Part shown: piece after piece, positions 54,085 to 64,000 of the stretch | Numbering within the stretch: position 1 is the stretch's first letter | How the letters are laid out: each line of letters opens with the position of its first letter | From: an uncultured Gammaproteobacteria bacterium | GTDB lineage: Bacteria; Patescibacteriota; Patescibacteriia; Patescibacteriales; UBA12465 | NCBI GenBank assembly: GCA_964408775.1 | Contig: CAYPAP010000001.1 | Span: 289,839-353,838 of the forward strand | Direction: 5' to 3' | Length of the DNA: 64,000 bases | Notes under the pieces: model-generated | What the model was told of the DNA's origin: nothing | The model's input: the letters and a program-made list of their open reading frames with translations, nothing else | Databases searched by the model: none | Made by a program: the position numbers and the translations under genes

Positions 54085-54504
54085 TTATAATTTTTCCTCT
54101 TCTTTTTGATTTTCCTCCTCTTTTTTATTTATATCCGCTTTTTCGTTCTTATTTTTATTATTAATAACAACTTTTCCATTAATTTCCGCTCCTTTTTCAA
54201 TTGATATTTGGGCACAATCAATATCACCTAAAACCTTGGCTGAATTACTAATAGATAAATAGCCCTTTACAGAAAGGTTTCCGTTGATCTCTCCTTTGAC
54301 GGCCATTTCTCCAGCCTTAATATTGGCATTTATTTTTGATTTGTCCCCAACTAGAATTGCCCCCTTGGTTTTTATTTCACCGTCTAACAGGCCATTTATT
54401 ATTATATTGCCGTTACTTTCAAAATTCCCCTTAACTTGGACTGATTCGCCGATAATTGTTTCGGCCTCATTTAGATTGTTTAGGTTTTGTTCTTTTTTAA
54501 ACAT
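54085..54504 (-). CDS. bactofilin family cytoskeletal protein
   Basis: Beta-helical repeats (V.G.....G...I.G...G.I......L.....K....I......V.G.I.G.L) and a K/E-rich tail. Confidence 0.8.
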   Translation of the reverse strand: MFKKEQNLNNLNEAETIIGESVQVKGNFESNGNIIINGLLDGEIKTKGAILVGDKSKINANIKAGEMAVKGEINGNLSVKGYLSISNSAKVLGDIDCAQISIEKGAEINGKVVINNKNKNEKADINKKEEENQKEEEKL

Positions 54505-54726
54505 ATTTTTTTAATTAATTTCCCCGGAGGGCATTTTAAATTATTATTAATTTTTTAGATAGTAGTTTTTATACTTTAATTTTAGGCTAATATTTGTTTT
54601 TTGTCAAAATTTTTTTAACCACCATTTTTTGTTTTTAGAATATTTTGCCTTACTAAAGTTTCTTTTTGTTTTAATCTCTCTTGTTTTTTTATTAAATTTA
54701 ATCTATATTTTAAATAACGCCTTTCT

Positions 54727-54798
54727 GTCCCCATAGTTTAATGGATAAAACAAGAACCTCCTAAGTTCTAGATCTACGTTCGATTCGTAGTGGGGACA
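54727..54798 (+). tRNA. tRNA-Arg (anticodon CCT)
   Basis: GTCCCCA/TGGGGAC acceptor, anticodon stem AGAAC/GTTCT with loop CTCCTAA, T-arm CTACG-TTCGATT-CGTAG. Confidence 0.85.
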
Positions 54799-54874
54799 CT
54801 TTATTTGTTTTTTTAGAAAAAATATAGTATAATTTAATTATTATATTTTAATATTAAAATTAATTTTCATCTCT

Positions 54875-55009
54875 ATGAAAAAAAAAGGTATTAGAGTCGG
54901 CAGTGATTTTGTTTCCCTAGTTGTCGGCTTCGTTTTAGGCTTTTTAATTGCCTTTACTTATTCTTGGAAAACAATCATGTATATTATTGGCGTGCTATTA
55001 GAACAATAA
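54875..55009 (+). CDS. possible 44-aa small membrane protein
   Basis: Manual ORF MKKKGIRVGSDFVSLVVGFVLGFLIAFTYSWKTIMYIIGVLLEQ. A hairpin ATTGGCTTA/TAAGCCAAT follows. No homology evidence. Confidence 0.3.
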   Translation: MKKKGIRVGSDFVSLVVGFVLGFLIAFTYSWKTIMYIIGVLLEQ

Positions 55010-55041
55010 TTTTTATTGGCTTATTTTTTTAAGCCAATTTT

Positions 55042-55115
55042 GGGCCTTTAGCTCAGCTGGTTAGAGTGCTTGCATGGCATGCAAGAGGTCAAGGGTTCGA
55101 GTCCCTTAAGGTCCA
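55042..55115 (+). tRNA. tRNA-Ala (anticodon GGC)
   Basis: GGGCCTT/AAGGTCC acceptor with a G3:U70 pair, anticodon stem CTTGC/GCAAG with loop ATGGCAT, T-arm AAGGG-TTCGAGT-CCCTT. Confidence 0.85.
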
Positions 55116-55348
55116 CAAAATAAATTGCGCTAGCAATATAGACTTTTTAATGTTCGTATAGTTCTTTTTTAATGGCCATCAGGCCTATAAATTATCCACC
55201 TTAGTAGCATTTAAAAAAATAGTTTTTTTGTCCAGGAATTTGTGGACAACTAGGTTTTCCTGTTACTTTATTTTGCTAATATTAGACAAAAAAAAGAAGG
55301 GGATAACATGTTAACATTTTGTTAAAATTTTATAATAATTAAATAAAA

Positions 55349-56692
55349 ATGAAAGAAGAAATAAGCAAGGATCAAAATAAAAATAGGTGTTTTCATTTAG
55401 TTTCAGTTGATATGGGCTATGGCCATCAAAGAGCGGCCTATCCCTTTATTAAGTCTTCTTGTGGGGGAATAATCACAGCTAACAACTATAAGGGGGCCAG
55501 CTTATCAGAAAAGAAAATTTGGGAAAGAGATAGAAAAAATTATGAATTCATTTCCCGCTTTAAAAAAGTCCCATTACTAGGTGACAAAGTTTTTGCTTTG
55601 ATGGATCACTTTCAAAAAATAGACTCCTTTTATCCTCGTAGAGATTTGTCTAAAACAAATATTCAGCAAAAGGTTTTTTTTAAAAAGGTTAAAAACGGCT
55701 TAGGCAGAAACCTAATAGAAGAGCTAAACAAAGACCCCTTACCAATTTTAACAACTTTCTTTGTGGCTGTTTACTTCGCGGAATACTATAATTATAAAGG
55801 GAAGGTTTATTGCATAATATGTGATGCGGATATTTCTCGAGCTTGGGCTCCAGTTGAGCCTCAAAAAAGTAATACGATTTACTTGGCCCCGAATCAAAGA
55901 GTTAAAGAGAGATTACTTTTATATGGTGTAAAAAAAGAAAATATTTATGTGACGGGGTTTCCTTTACCAAAAGAGAATATTGGAGAAAGCCAGGAAATAT
56001 TAAAAGGAGATCTAATTAAAAGATTGGCTGTCCTTGACCCCAAAAAAGCTTATAGAAAAAAATATGAAAAACTAATTGAAAGTTATATTTGCTCTAAGGA
56101 TGAAATTGGAGAGCCAGGTAGACCACTAACCCTGACCTTTGCTGTTGGCGGAGCTGGCGCTCAAAAAGATTTAGGCAAGGTAATTTTAGAGAGTTTAAAA
56201 AGCAAGATAGAAGAGGGCCATGTAAGGCTAAATCTAGTGGCAGGATCCAGAAAAGAGGTTTATGATTTTTTTGATAAAGTTTTAAAAGACAATTTTTTGC
56301 ATAAAAATGAAAATGTTAAAATTATTTATGACGCCGACAAGATAGAATATTTTAAAAAGTTTAATCAAGTTTTAAGAAATACAGATATTTTATGGACCAA
56401 GCCCTCAGAGCTTAGTTTTTATAGCGGACTGGGTATTCCTATTATAATGGCAGAGCCTGTTGGGTCCCAGGAACACTATAATCGCCGTTGGCTTTTAGGA
56501 ATTGGTGCTGGAGTTGATAGTAAAAACCCAAAATATGTTGACGAGTGGCTGTTTGACTTCTTGCAATCAGGCTGGCTAGCAGAGGCTGCTGTGAGCGGTT
56601 TTATGAATGCACCAAAAATGGGAACCTATAATATTGAAAATATAATTCTTAAAGATAAGGTAAACGAAATTGAAAGAGTTAGAATTATGTAA
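55349..56692 (+). CDS. putative GT-B fold glycosyltransferase (MGDG synthase/UgtP-like N-terminus)
   Basis: 447 aa. VSVDMGYGHQRAA resembles the G-x-G-H motif of MGDG-synthase-type enzymes. Assignment is tentative. Confidence 0.45.
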   Translation: MKEEISKDQNKNRCFHLVSVDMGYGHQRAAYPFIKSSCGGIITANNYKGASLSEKKIWERDRKNYEFISRFKKVPLLGDKVFALMDHFQKIDSFYPRRDLSKTNIQQKVFFKKVKNGLGRNLIEELNKDPLPILTTFFVAVYFAEYYNYKGKVYCIICDADISRAWAPVEPQKSNTIYLAPNQRVKERLLLYGVKKENIYVTGFPLPKENIGESQEILKGDLIKRLAVLDPKKAYRKKYEKLIESYICSKDEIGEPGRPLTLTFAVGGAGAQKDLGKVILESLKSKIEEGHVRLNLVAGSRKEVYDFFDKVLKDNFLHKNENVKIIYDADKIEYFKKFNQVLRNTDILWTKPSELSFYSGLGIPIIMAEPVGSQEHYNRRWLLGIGAGVDSKNPKYVDEWLFDFLQSGWLAEAAVSGFMNAPKMGTYNIENIILKDKVNEIERVRIM

Positions 56693-56780
56693 TAATGTTA
56701 AAAAAACAGTTGCACTATTTTTGTATTTTTGTTAAAATATAAATAATAAATAAATTTTAAATTTTAAAATTAAAAAAACT

Positions 56781-57224
56781 ATGAAAAACAAAAAAACAGG
56801 CTTCACTTTAATTGAGTTATTGGTAGTTATTGCTATCATCGGAATATTAGCTACTCTTGCGGTTGTCTCCCTGCAAAATGCCAGAAAAAATGCTAGAGAT
56901 GCTAAAAGAGTTGCCGATGTTAGACAAATGCAAACAGCCCTAGAATTGTATTTTAATGACTGGCAAGAATATCCAGCTACTTTTACTGCTGGACAAATTG
57001 CTACTAGTAGCTCTGTTTATATGGCCACTGTTCCAACAGCTCCTACTCCGCATGATGGGACTGGTTGTACTGCGAGCAACAATGCTTATCAAAATAATTA
57101 TGAAACTCAATCAAGCAATGCCTCTTACACTATAGATTTTTGTTTAGGAGGAACCAGTGGAACAACCGAAGGACCTGCCTGTGCTACTCCGGCCGGGATC
57201 ATAACAGGAGAAGCCTGTATTTAG
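56781..57224 (+). CDS. type IV pilin-like protein (prepilin N-terminal methylation domain)
   Basis: [37 protein letters not shown]. About 60 N-terminal residues are nearly identical to those of 52110-53186. Terminator at 57252-57280. Confidence 0.85.
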   Translation: MKNKKTGFTLIELLVVIAIIGILATLAVVSLQNARKNARDAKRVADVRQMQTALELYFNDWQEYPATFTAGQIATSSSVYMATVPTAPTPHDGTGCTASNNAYQNNYETQSSNASYTIDFCLGGTSGTTEGPACATPAGIITGEACI

Positions 57225-57303
57225 TTTTTAAAAAATATTCAAAATAAAAAAAGAGTTGTTCTCACGGACAACTCTTTTTTGTTGAGGATTTTTTAATATA
57301 AAT

Positions 57304-60201
57304 TTAATTAATGCTTACGGTTATTTGATTGCTTTTTTTAACTTTCCCATTCCAGTCGTAAAATTCTCCAAATATTTTATAAGGTCCACTTTTTGGCTTG
57401 TTTATCCAGCTGGTTTCTATAGTTCTATTTAAGACTGGTTCAATAGTTTTTATTAAGATTGGCTCTTCATCTTCTTTTTGGGCCATGATGTTTATTTTTA
57501 TTATTTGTTCAGGGTTGGTACTAACCATCTCTATATTTAACGGAAAATCAACAGAGCTTAGAGCCAAGCCGCTAGTGGGATAAATTAGATTTAAGTTCGC
57601 GGGCATGGAGTTATTGCTTCCAGACAATAATAAATTAAACTCAATAGATTTTTCTGAGCAATTTAAAACATCGTCGCAGACTTTTACTTTTAAATTATAA
57701 TAACCGTTACTTAAAAAAGAAATGTTTTTGTTTAAATCAAAGGGGTAGGATGTTTTTCTTTCTAGTAAATTATTATTCAAACTGTACTCGACCTTGTATA
57801 TTCCTCTGGGAGCGCTAGCTTCCACACCTATAATTAAAACATCGGATCTAATTGTGTCATTATTTTCAATATTTCTTATTTCAAATACGGGTGCATTTTC
57901 GGGGTTGTAAATATCTTGAGCTTGTTCTAATAAATCAGGATTATAGTTTTCATCTTGCGTTTTTGCCCACTCTAAAACCCTATTCTCCCAAAGATTAAAT
58001 TGAGGGTCTTTTTCTGGGTTTTTTGGGATATCTCCTAGAGGGTTGTCTTTATCTATATAATATAATATAGAGTGGTGTTCAGTTAAAAAAATTTCTTCTA
58101 TTAAATCATCGGGGGTTGTCTCAGTCGCTATTTGGCCTGTTTCTTTGTTTATTTTAATAGCCTTGCCAATTAAATCGCCGTCAATAACAGCCTTGCCGGT
58201 TTTTTCTATTAAAGGCTCTTTAAATGTTTCCAAAGGGCTTCCTTCTAATGATTTTCTCATAAATTCATTCCATATTGGAGCGGCGACAACACTACCGTCG
58301 GCCCCTCTTCCCATCTCGCTGTTATCGTTGTTTCCAACCCAAACACCAGCGATTAAAGAGGGGGTATATCCGATTGTCCAGGCATCTTTAAAATCATTGG
58401 TTGTTCCAGTTTTGGCAGCAACAACTCTATCTCCTAATGTTAAATTGTTTCTTTCTCCAAAAACAAAGCTACGAGCGCTGTTGTCTGATAAAATATTATT
58501 TATCATTCTAGCAGCGTTTGTTTCCAGTACAACTCTTTTGTTTTCTTGATATTCTTCTAGAATATTTCCTTGGTGATCTTCTATTTTTAATATTCCGGTT
58601 ATATCGTTTATTTCCCCTTCGCGAGCAAAAACACTATAAGCGTTAACATGTTCTAGTAGTTTTACCTCGGCTCCTCCTAAAACTAAAGAAAGCCCATAGC
58701 GGTCGGGGTCATTTAAGGTACTATATCCGGCCTCTTGCGCTAGTTTTACAACATTATTTACTCCGGCTAGATAAATAGCTTTTACTGCCGGAACATTTAA
58801 TGAACCAGCGAGAGCGCTTTTAATCGACACTGGCCCTAACTCTTGGTTGTTATAGTTTCTAGGTTCATATGGTTTTCCTGAAGCAGAAAAATTAGTTACA
58901 ACATCATATAATAATGTATTGGGATTATACCCCTTAGTAAAAAGTGATGCATAAACCAGGGGTTTCAAGGATGAACCCGGCTGTCTGTCTCGTATGGCAA
59001 TATTTACTTGGCCGTCAATATCGTCGTTGAAATAATCTTTTGATCCCACCATAGCTAATATTTGTCCATTTTTTGGATCTATGGCAACCAAGGATGCATT
59101 GCTAGCGTTAAATTTAGAAGAATTTTCCTCAACTCTGTTTTTGATAGCTTCTTCGGCAAACTTTTGTTTTTCTATGTCTATGGTGGTATAAATTTTCAGC
59201 CCTCCTTGTTCTAACATTTTTTCTCCATATTTTTCTGACAGAATTTCTCTTATATACATAATAAAGTGAGGGGCCGTTATGTTTGTCTCGGGTCTTTTAA
59301 AGGTTATTTCATATTCTTGAGCTCTTTCCTTTTCTTCCGAGCTTATATATCCCTGTTCTTCCATTAATTTTAATATATATTGTTGACGTCCCAATAATAA
59401 ATCTTTATTGGCTCCATAAGGAGAATATCGACTTGGGGCTTGAGGAAGGGCTGCTAAAATAGCGCTTTCAGCTAAAACCAAATCCCTAGCTGATTTTCCG
59501 AAATATTTTTGGCTAGCAGCTTCAATCCCATAAGCGTTTGATCCATAAGGAATTTCGTTCAAGTACATTTGCAGAATTTCGTCTTTAGTAAATTTTTTCT
59601 CCATTTTTTGGGCAATCAATATTTCTTTTATTTTTCTGGAATATTTTTTTTCAGAAGAAAGTAAGGCATTCTTAACAAATTGTTGGGTTAAGGTTGATCC
59701 GCCAGCTCGGCGGTTATAAATAATGTTGGTGACGAGGGTTCTGGCCATAGCCCAGACGCTGAAGCCTTTGTGTTTATAAAAATTTTTGTCTTCAATAGCA
59801 ATAGTGGCCTGTTTTGCGTGATCAGGTATTTCGTCTAGATTTATTAGAGTTCTTTTTTCTTCGCCGTGGAACTCATATAGAATATTTTCTCCATTACGAT
59901 CATAAATAACAGTACTTTGAGCAATCTCTCTTTCTATTAGTTGATCGGGGCTGGGTAGATCCCTCGAAATAATAGAGATAAAAATAAAAGTAATTAAAAT
60001 AATAATAAAAACAAAAATAAAAGCACAATTTAAAAATTTGCGACTTAAAATCATTCTTTTTATTTTATCCCACAGACTGCTTTTTCTATTGTTTGTTTTT
60101 TTGGTGGGTTTATTGGAAAATCTGGGGCCGTTGACTGTTTTTATGGTTTTAGGCCGGTAATAGCTTGTTCCGGCACTTTTTCTCTTAAAAGATGAGTTCA
60201 T
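57304..60201 (-). CDS. class A penicillin-binding protein (transglycosylase + transpeptidase) with long C-terminal extension
   Basis: GT51 motifs (IAIEDKNFYKHKGF, GGSTLTQQ, RKIKE). Transpeptidase motifs SSLKP (SxxK) and KTGTT. Confidence 0.9.
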   Translation of the reverse strand: MNSSFKRKSAGTSYYRPKTIKTVNGPRFSNKPTKKTNNRKSSLWDKIKRMILSRKFLNCAFIFVFIIILITFIFISIISRDLPSPDQLIEREIAQSTVIYDRNGENILYEFHGEEKRTLINLDEIPDHAKQATIAIEDKNFYKHKGFSVWAMARTLVTNIIYNRRAGGSTLTQQFVKNALLSSEKKYSRKIKEILIAQKMEKKFTKDEILQMYLNEIPYGSNAYGIEAASQKYFGKSARDLVLAESAILAALPQAPSRYSPYGANKDLLLGRQQYILKLMEEQGYISSEEKERAQEYEITFKRPETNITAPHFIMYIREILSEKYGEKMLEQGGLKIYTTIDIEKQKFAEEAIKNRVEENSSKFNASNASLVAIDPKNGQILAMVGSKDYFNDDIDGQVNIAIRDRQPGSSLKPLVYASLFTKGYNPNTLLYDVVTNFSASGKPYEPRNYNNQELGPVSIKSALAGSLNVPAVKAIYLAGVNNVVKLAQEAGYSTLNDPDRYGLSLVLGGAEVKLLEHVNAYSVFAREGEINDITGILKIEDHQGNILEEYQENKRVVLETNAARMINNILSDNSARSFVFGERNNLTLGDRVVAAKTGTTNDFKDAWTIGYTPSLIAGVWVGNNDNSEMGRGADGSVVAAPIWNEFMRKSLEGSPLETFKEPLIEKTGKAVIDGDLIGKAIKINKETGQIATETTPDDLIEEIFLTEHHSILYYIDKDNPLGDIPKNPEKDPQFNLWENRVLEWAKTQDENYNPDLLEQAQDIYNPENAPVFEIRNIENNDTIRSDVLIIGVEASAPRGIYKVEYSLNNNLLERKTSYPFDLNKNISFLSNGYYNLKVKVCDDVLNCSEKSIEFNLLLSGSNNSMPANLNLIYPTSGLALSSVDFPLNIEMVSTNPEQIIKINIMAQKEDEEPILIKTIEPVLNRTIETSWINKPKSGPYKIFGEFYDWNGKVKKSNQITVSIN

Positions 60202-60336
60202 ATAATATTAATTTTATTTTATTTATAGCTCTATTTTATCAAAAGCCTTCTTTTTTAGCAACTTGTCTCAAGGATGGTCTTTTTGTCACTTTTCTTGTAT
60301 AATAATTTTATAAGAATATTTATATAGTAATAATTT

Positions 60337-61470
60337 ATGATAAAGAAAATATTTATTGTTTTGTTTTTATTTCTATTTCCTTTAACCCTTGGTGCGGCGG
60401 AGACGGATGGCCTAGAGAATCTCTCAAGCAAGGAAATAATTTTTAAGGCCAAGGTGTTAGAGATTGTAGAAGAAATAGAAAAGGAATCTAATAAGGGAGA
60501 AAAATTTTTGCAACAAAATGTTCGACTAAAAGGGCTTGAAGGAGAGTTTGAGGGCGAGGAATTTGTTTTTTATGGAATTGGTGATATAGAAATTATTGGA
60601 GGAAAAACATATAGTGTCGGAGATAGAGTTTTGGTTGTTGCCAACGAAAGCCTTTCTGATAACCCTTTCTCCTATTATATTATTGACCACATTAGAAGCA
60701 CTGGCTTAATTATTGTTTTAGCTCTATTTTTGATTTTTTTAATTATTGTTGGTCGTTGGAAGGGTTTTCGTTCTATTTTTTCACTTTTTTTAACATTTTT
60801 AGTAATAATATTTTTTATTGTTCCTCAAATCATGGCCGGAGCTAGTCCAATTTTGATTAGCTTTATAGGGTCAATTTTTATTTTATTTTTTATCATATAT
60901 TTAACAGAGGGCTTTAACTTGAGATCACATTTAGCCGTGGTGTCCACTTTTATTAGCTTGTTGCTGGTTATTGGAATTTCTTATTTATTTATATATTTAA
61001 CTAGATTAACAGGGGCTTTTAGTGAGGATATTTTTATATTAGTAAATATTGGTCAACAAACTATAAATTTAAAAGGAATGCTTTTAGCGGGTATGATTAT
61101 TGGGGCCTTGGGCGTTTTAGATGATGTTATTATATCGCAAGTAGCATCAGTCGAGCAAATAATGTCAGCCAATCCTCAACAAAGGTGGCAAGAGGTCTTT
61201 AAGAAATCTTATAAAATAGGGATTTCTCACATTAGCTCAATGACCAATACTTTGTTTTTGGCTTACGCGGGAGCTTCTTTACCGCTTCTTTTGCTTTTTG
61301 TCAGCCCCGACAATCCCTTTAATAGTTTTGAGCAAATTATAAATAATGAAGCTATAAGCACGGAAATAGTTAGAGCCCTTAGTGGCAGTTTAGGGATAAT
61401 ATTATCTGTCCCGATAGCTACATTTATTGCTACTTGGGGATTTTTTTATAAGAAAAATAAAATTAATTAA
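60337..61470 (+). CDS. YibE/F family membrane protein
   Basis: Signal/anchor, soluble N-terminal domain, about 7 TM helices, GALGVLDDVIISQ motif. Confidence 0.7.
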   Translation: MIKKIFIVLFLFLFPLTLGAAETDGLENLSSKEIIFKAKVLEIVEEIEKESNKGEKFLQQNVRLKGLEGEFEGEEFVFYGIGDIEIIGGKTYSVGDRVLVVANESLSDNPFSYYIIDHIRSTGLIIVLALFLIFLIIVGRWKGFRSIFSLFLTFLVIIFFIVPQIMAGASPILISFIGSIFILFFIIYLTEGFNLRSHLAVVSTFISLLLVIGISYLFIYLTRLTGAFSEDIFILVNIGQQTINLKGMLLAGMIIGALGVLDDVIISQVASVEQIMSANPQQRWQEVFKKSYKIGISHISSMTNTLFLAYAGASLPLLLLFVSPDNPFNSFEQIINNEAISTEIVRALSGSLGIILSVPIATFIATWGFFYKKNKIN

Positions 61471-61474
61471 AAAT

Positions 61475-62314
61475 ATGCCAAAAAAATTTGAAAGAAGAAA
61501 AGAGCCATTAGAAATAAATAGTCCCAGCAACCCTAAAATAAAAAAAATAGCCAAGTTATTAAAAGATGGGTCCGAAAGACAGGATGAGGGAGTTATAATT
61601 GTTGATGGCTTGCGAGAAATAGAGGAGGCACTTAAGGTTGATTGGGAAATTTTAGAATTTTTTTATTGTTCTGAGTTGGTAGAAAAAAACAAAAAAGGGC
61701 CAGAGGCCAAGAATATGGTTTTTTTATCCAAGGAGGCCTATGTTCTTTCTAAAAAAGTATTTGAAAAAATTTCTTACAAAAAAACTCCAGATGGATTTTT
61801 GGCAGTTTTCCGATATAAAGAAAAAAAATTGGAAGATTTTAAATTAAAAAACAATCCTCTTGTTTTAGTTTTAGAGTCTGTTGAAAAGCCAGGAAATTTA
61901 GGGGGGATAATTAGAACGGCCTATGCTTCTGGCGTTGATTTGGTTATATTAAATGATCAAAAAACAGATTTTTATAGTCCCAATGTTATCCGCTCTAGTA
62001 CTGGTTTTATTTTTTCTGTTCCCTTAGTGTTAGCCTCTGTTGAAGAAACTAAAAAATATTTAAAAGAAAAAAATATTCCTGTTTTTTTAACGGCCATTAA
62101 AAATGCTAAGAATTATTTAGAAGTTGATTTTAAAAAAGGAGGGGCTATCATATTTGGGACAGAGGCTTTTGGCTTGAGTAATAAATGGTTAAATGGAAAA
62201 TTTACTAAAATAAAAATACCGATGATAGATGGAGTTGATTCCTTGAATGTTTCTGTCAGTGTTGGTATTATAGTGTATGAAGCCCTTAGGCAGAGAAATA
62301 TTAAAATAAAATAA
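61475..62314 (+). CDS. TrmH/SpoU family RNA 2'-O-methyltransferase
   Basis: Start moved to MPKKFERRK at 61475. SpoU motifs VEKPGNLGGIIRTA, IIFGTEAFGLS and SLNVSVS. Confidence 0.85.
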   Translation: MPKKFERRKEPLEINSPSNPKIKKIAKLLKDGSERQDEGVIIVDGLREIEEALKVDWEILEFFYCSELVEKNKKGPEAKNMVFLSKEAYVLSKKVFEKISYKKTPDGFLAVFRYKEKKLEDFKLKNNPLVLVLESVEKPGNLGGIIRTAYASGVDLVILNDQKTDFYSPNVIRSSTGFIFSVPLVLASVEETKKYLKEKNIPVFLTAIKNAKNYLEVDFKKGGAIIFGTEAFGLSNKWLNGKFTKIKIPMIDGVDSLNVSVSVGIIVYEALRQRNIKIK

Positions 62315-62319
62315 ACTTT

Positions 62320-63270
62320 ATGGGTTGGCTATTTTTTACAGTTGTCTCTTATTTAATGTTAGCTGTTGTTAATTTGGGGGACAAATTTGTTGTTGATAAG
62401 CTAATAAAAAGCGCCAAGGCCTACACTTTTATTGTCGGCTCTTTAAGCGCTATAGTATTTTTATTAGCCCCTTGGTTTCTCACTTGGCCGGGATTATTTT
62501 TATTTTTAGTAAACATTATTTCAGGGGCATTTTTTGTTTTTGCTTTATGGACGATGTATGAGTCTTTAAAAATAGGTGAAGCTTCTCGAGTGGTAGTAGT
62601 GATAGGGAGTATTGTTCCAATATTCACAATTATATTTTCCGTTTTCTTTTTTTTAGAAAGTTTTAGCGGTCGTCAATGGATAGGAATTTTGTTTTTAGTT
62701 GCTGGAATGACATTAATTTCTTTTATTAATAGTCGTCGAAAAAAGTGGTCTACATTTTTCCGGAGACTTTTTTCAGTTTTTTATGGAGGGTATAATAAGC
62801 GCTGGATTTTTCTAGCTATAGTGTCGGCTTTTTTGTATGCTTTGTTTTTTATAACCACCAAGTATGCCTATAATCATCAGGAGTTTCTTAGTTCTTTTAT
62901 TTGGATTAGAGGTGGAAGTTTATTGGTGGTGTTATTATTTTTAATAGATAAAAAGGATAGAAAAGATATAGTTAAAAGTTTTAAAGAAAAGCCTAATAAA
63001 AAGGTTAAAATAGGGAAGGGCTTTGTCGCTGTTAATCAGTTATTAGGATCAGGGGCTTTTTTGTTACAAAACTATGCCGTTTATTTAGGCCCTGTAGCAA
63101 TTATTAATGCCTTGCAGGGGGTCCAGTATGCTTTTCTTTTGGTGCTAGGAATATTGTTTTCGGTTTTCTTCCCAAGAATTTTAAAAGAAGATATCTCTAA
63201 AAAGGTTTTAATAAAAAAGATTGCAGCAATATTATTAGTGGCTGTCGGCTTGTATTTTATAGCTGTTTAA
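62320..63270 (+). CDS. EamA/DMT family transporter
   Basis: 316 aa, about 10 TM helices arranged in two halves. Confidence 0.65.
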   Translation: MGWLFFTVVSYLMLAVVNLGDKFVVDKLIKSAKAYTFIVGSLSAIVFLLAPWFLTWPGLFLFLVNIISGAFFVFALWTMYESLKIGEASRVVVVIGSIVPIFTIIFSVFFFLESFSGRQWIGILFLVAGMTLISFINSRRKKWSTFFRRLFSVFYGGYNKRWIFLAIVSAFLYALFFITTKYAYNHQEFLSSFIWIRGGSLLVVLLFLIDKKDRKDIVKSFKEKPNKKVKIGKGFVAVNQLLGSGAFLLQNYAVYLGPVAIINALQGVQYAFLLVLGILFSVFFPRILKEDISKKVLIKKIAAILLVAVGLYFIAV

Positions 63271-63283
63271 AATATTAATTATT

Positions 63284-64000
63284 ATGAAAAAAATAAAAAA
63301 AATGACTTTTTGGATAATAGCAATAATAATTATTCTCTTGGCCCTGGTTTATGTTTTTAAAATTGCCAAGCATTATCCTAAAGATATAAATTTAGAACAT
63401 GAACCTGGATTATTTGGTATAACTTATTCTAAAAAATATGCTGAAAGCATTGGCTTAGATTGGAAAGAGACTTATATTGCTATGTTGGATGAATTAGGCG
63501 TTAAAAAAATTAGAATACCGGTTTATTGGGATGAGATAGAAGAAGAGCCTGGGGTTTTTAATTTTAGTGATTATGATTTTTTAATAGAAGAGGCTGAAAA
63601 AAGAGATGTAAAAATTGTATTAAATTTTGGCATGAGAGTGGCTCGTTGGCCAGAGTGTCATTTTCCGGACTGGGCTAGTAATTTAGAGACCAATAGCCTT
63701 CAGGAAAAAGTTTTGGTAATGCTGGGCGCTGTTGTTGAAAATTTTAAAGATAGCCCGTCTATTATTTATTGGCAATTAGAGAACGAGCCATTATTAGATT
63801 CTTTTGGGGTTTGTCCTAAGAGTGATTATAATTTTTTGAAGAAAGAATTAGAGCTGGTGAAAAAATTAGACAAGAGACCCGTTATGATTTCAGCCACGGG
63901 CGAGCTTAGTTTTTGGAAAAAGGAAGTTAAAATAGCAGATATTTTTGGCACAACAATGTATCGGGTTGTTCATAATCCCTTTATGGGCTATGTTAAATAT
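63284..64000 (+). CDS. clan GH-A glycoside hydrolase-like protein, N-terminal part (runs off window end)
   Basis: Manual ORF from the ATG at 63284 stays open to base 64000. It has an N-terminal TM helix, IRIPVYWDEIEEEPGVFNF, and YWQLENEP (NEP acid/base motif). Confidence 0.6.
   Translation, partial: MKKIKKMTFWIIAIIIILLALVYVFKIAKHYPKDINLEHEPGLFGITYSKKYAESIGLDWKETYIAMLDELGVKKIRIPVYWDEIEEEPGVFNFSDYDFLIEEAEKRDVKIVLNFGMRVARWPECHFPDWASNLETNSLQEKVLVMLGAVVENFKDSPSIIYWQLENEPLLDSFGVCPKSDYNFLKKELELVKKLDKRPVMISATGELSFWKKEVKIADIFGTTMYRVVHNPFMGYVKY

Overview
AT-rich bacterial chromosome segment (roughly 30% GC by eye). The gene content and style look like a small-genome CPR/Patescibacteria-type organism; this is an inference, as no rRNA is present to confirm it. 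The core backbone comprises rpsF-ssb-rpsR-efp, lgt, ppsA, smc, a P-type ATPase, alpha-glucan phosphorylase, tsaE, lspA, the replication-origin neighbourhood (dnaN-dnaA on the minus strand, rpmH-rnpA-yidD-yidC on the plus strand), rplS, a class A PBP and 9 tRNA genes. Five things stand out. (1) A tandem array of eight small TrbC/VirB2-like 'T4SS pilin' paralogs at 14.2-17.9 kb, with a ninth at 25.95 kb. It includes a 411-bp perfectly identical duplication and sits next to a cluster of polytopic membrane and glycosyltransferase genes. (2) Directly 3' of tRNA-His (39.55-42.5 kb), five short, individually promoted and terminated ORFs are separated by copies of the tRNA-His 3' end. This looks like a serial-integration or integron-like cassette platform, but no recombinase lies in the window. 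(3) The same consensus-promoter + hairpin-leader module precedes other GC-rich secreted or membrane ORFs at 7.7 kb and 13.0 kb. (4) Two type IV pilin paralogs are present. One is fused to a GC-rich FISUMP-like domain and is flanked by four copies of a perfect palindrome, TGTTCTACGTAGAACA. (5) A 23-nt motif built of 9-mer repeats sits just 3' of two different tRNAs. No CRISPR array, rRNA, transposase or integrase was recognised.
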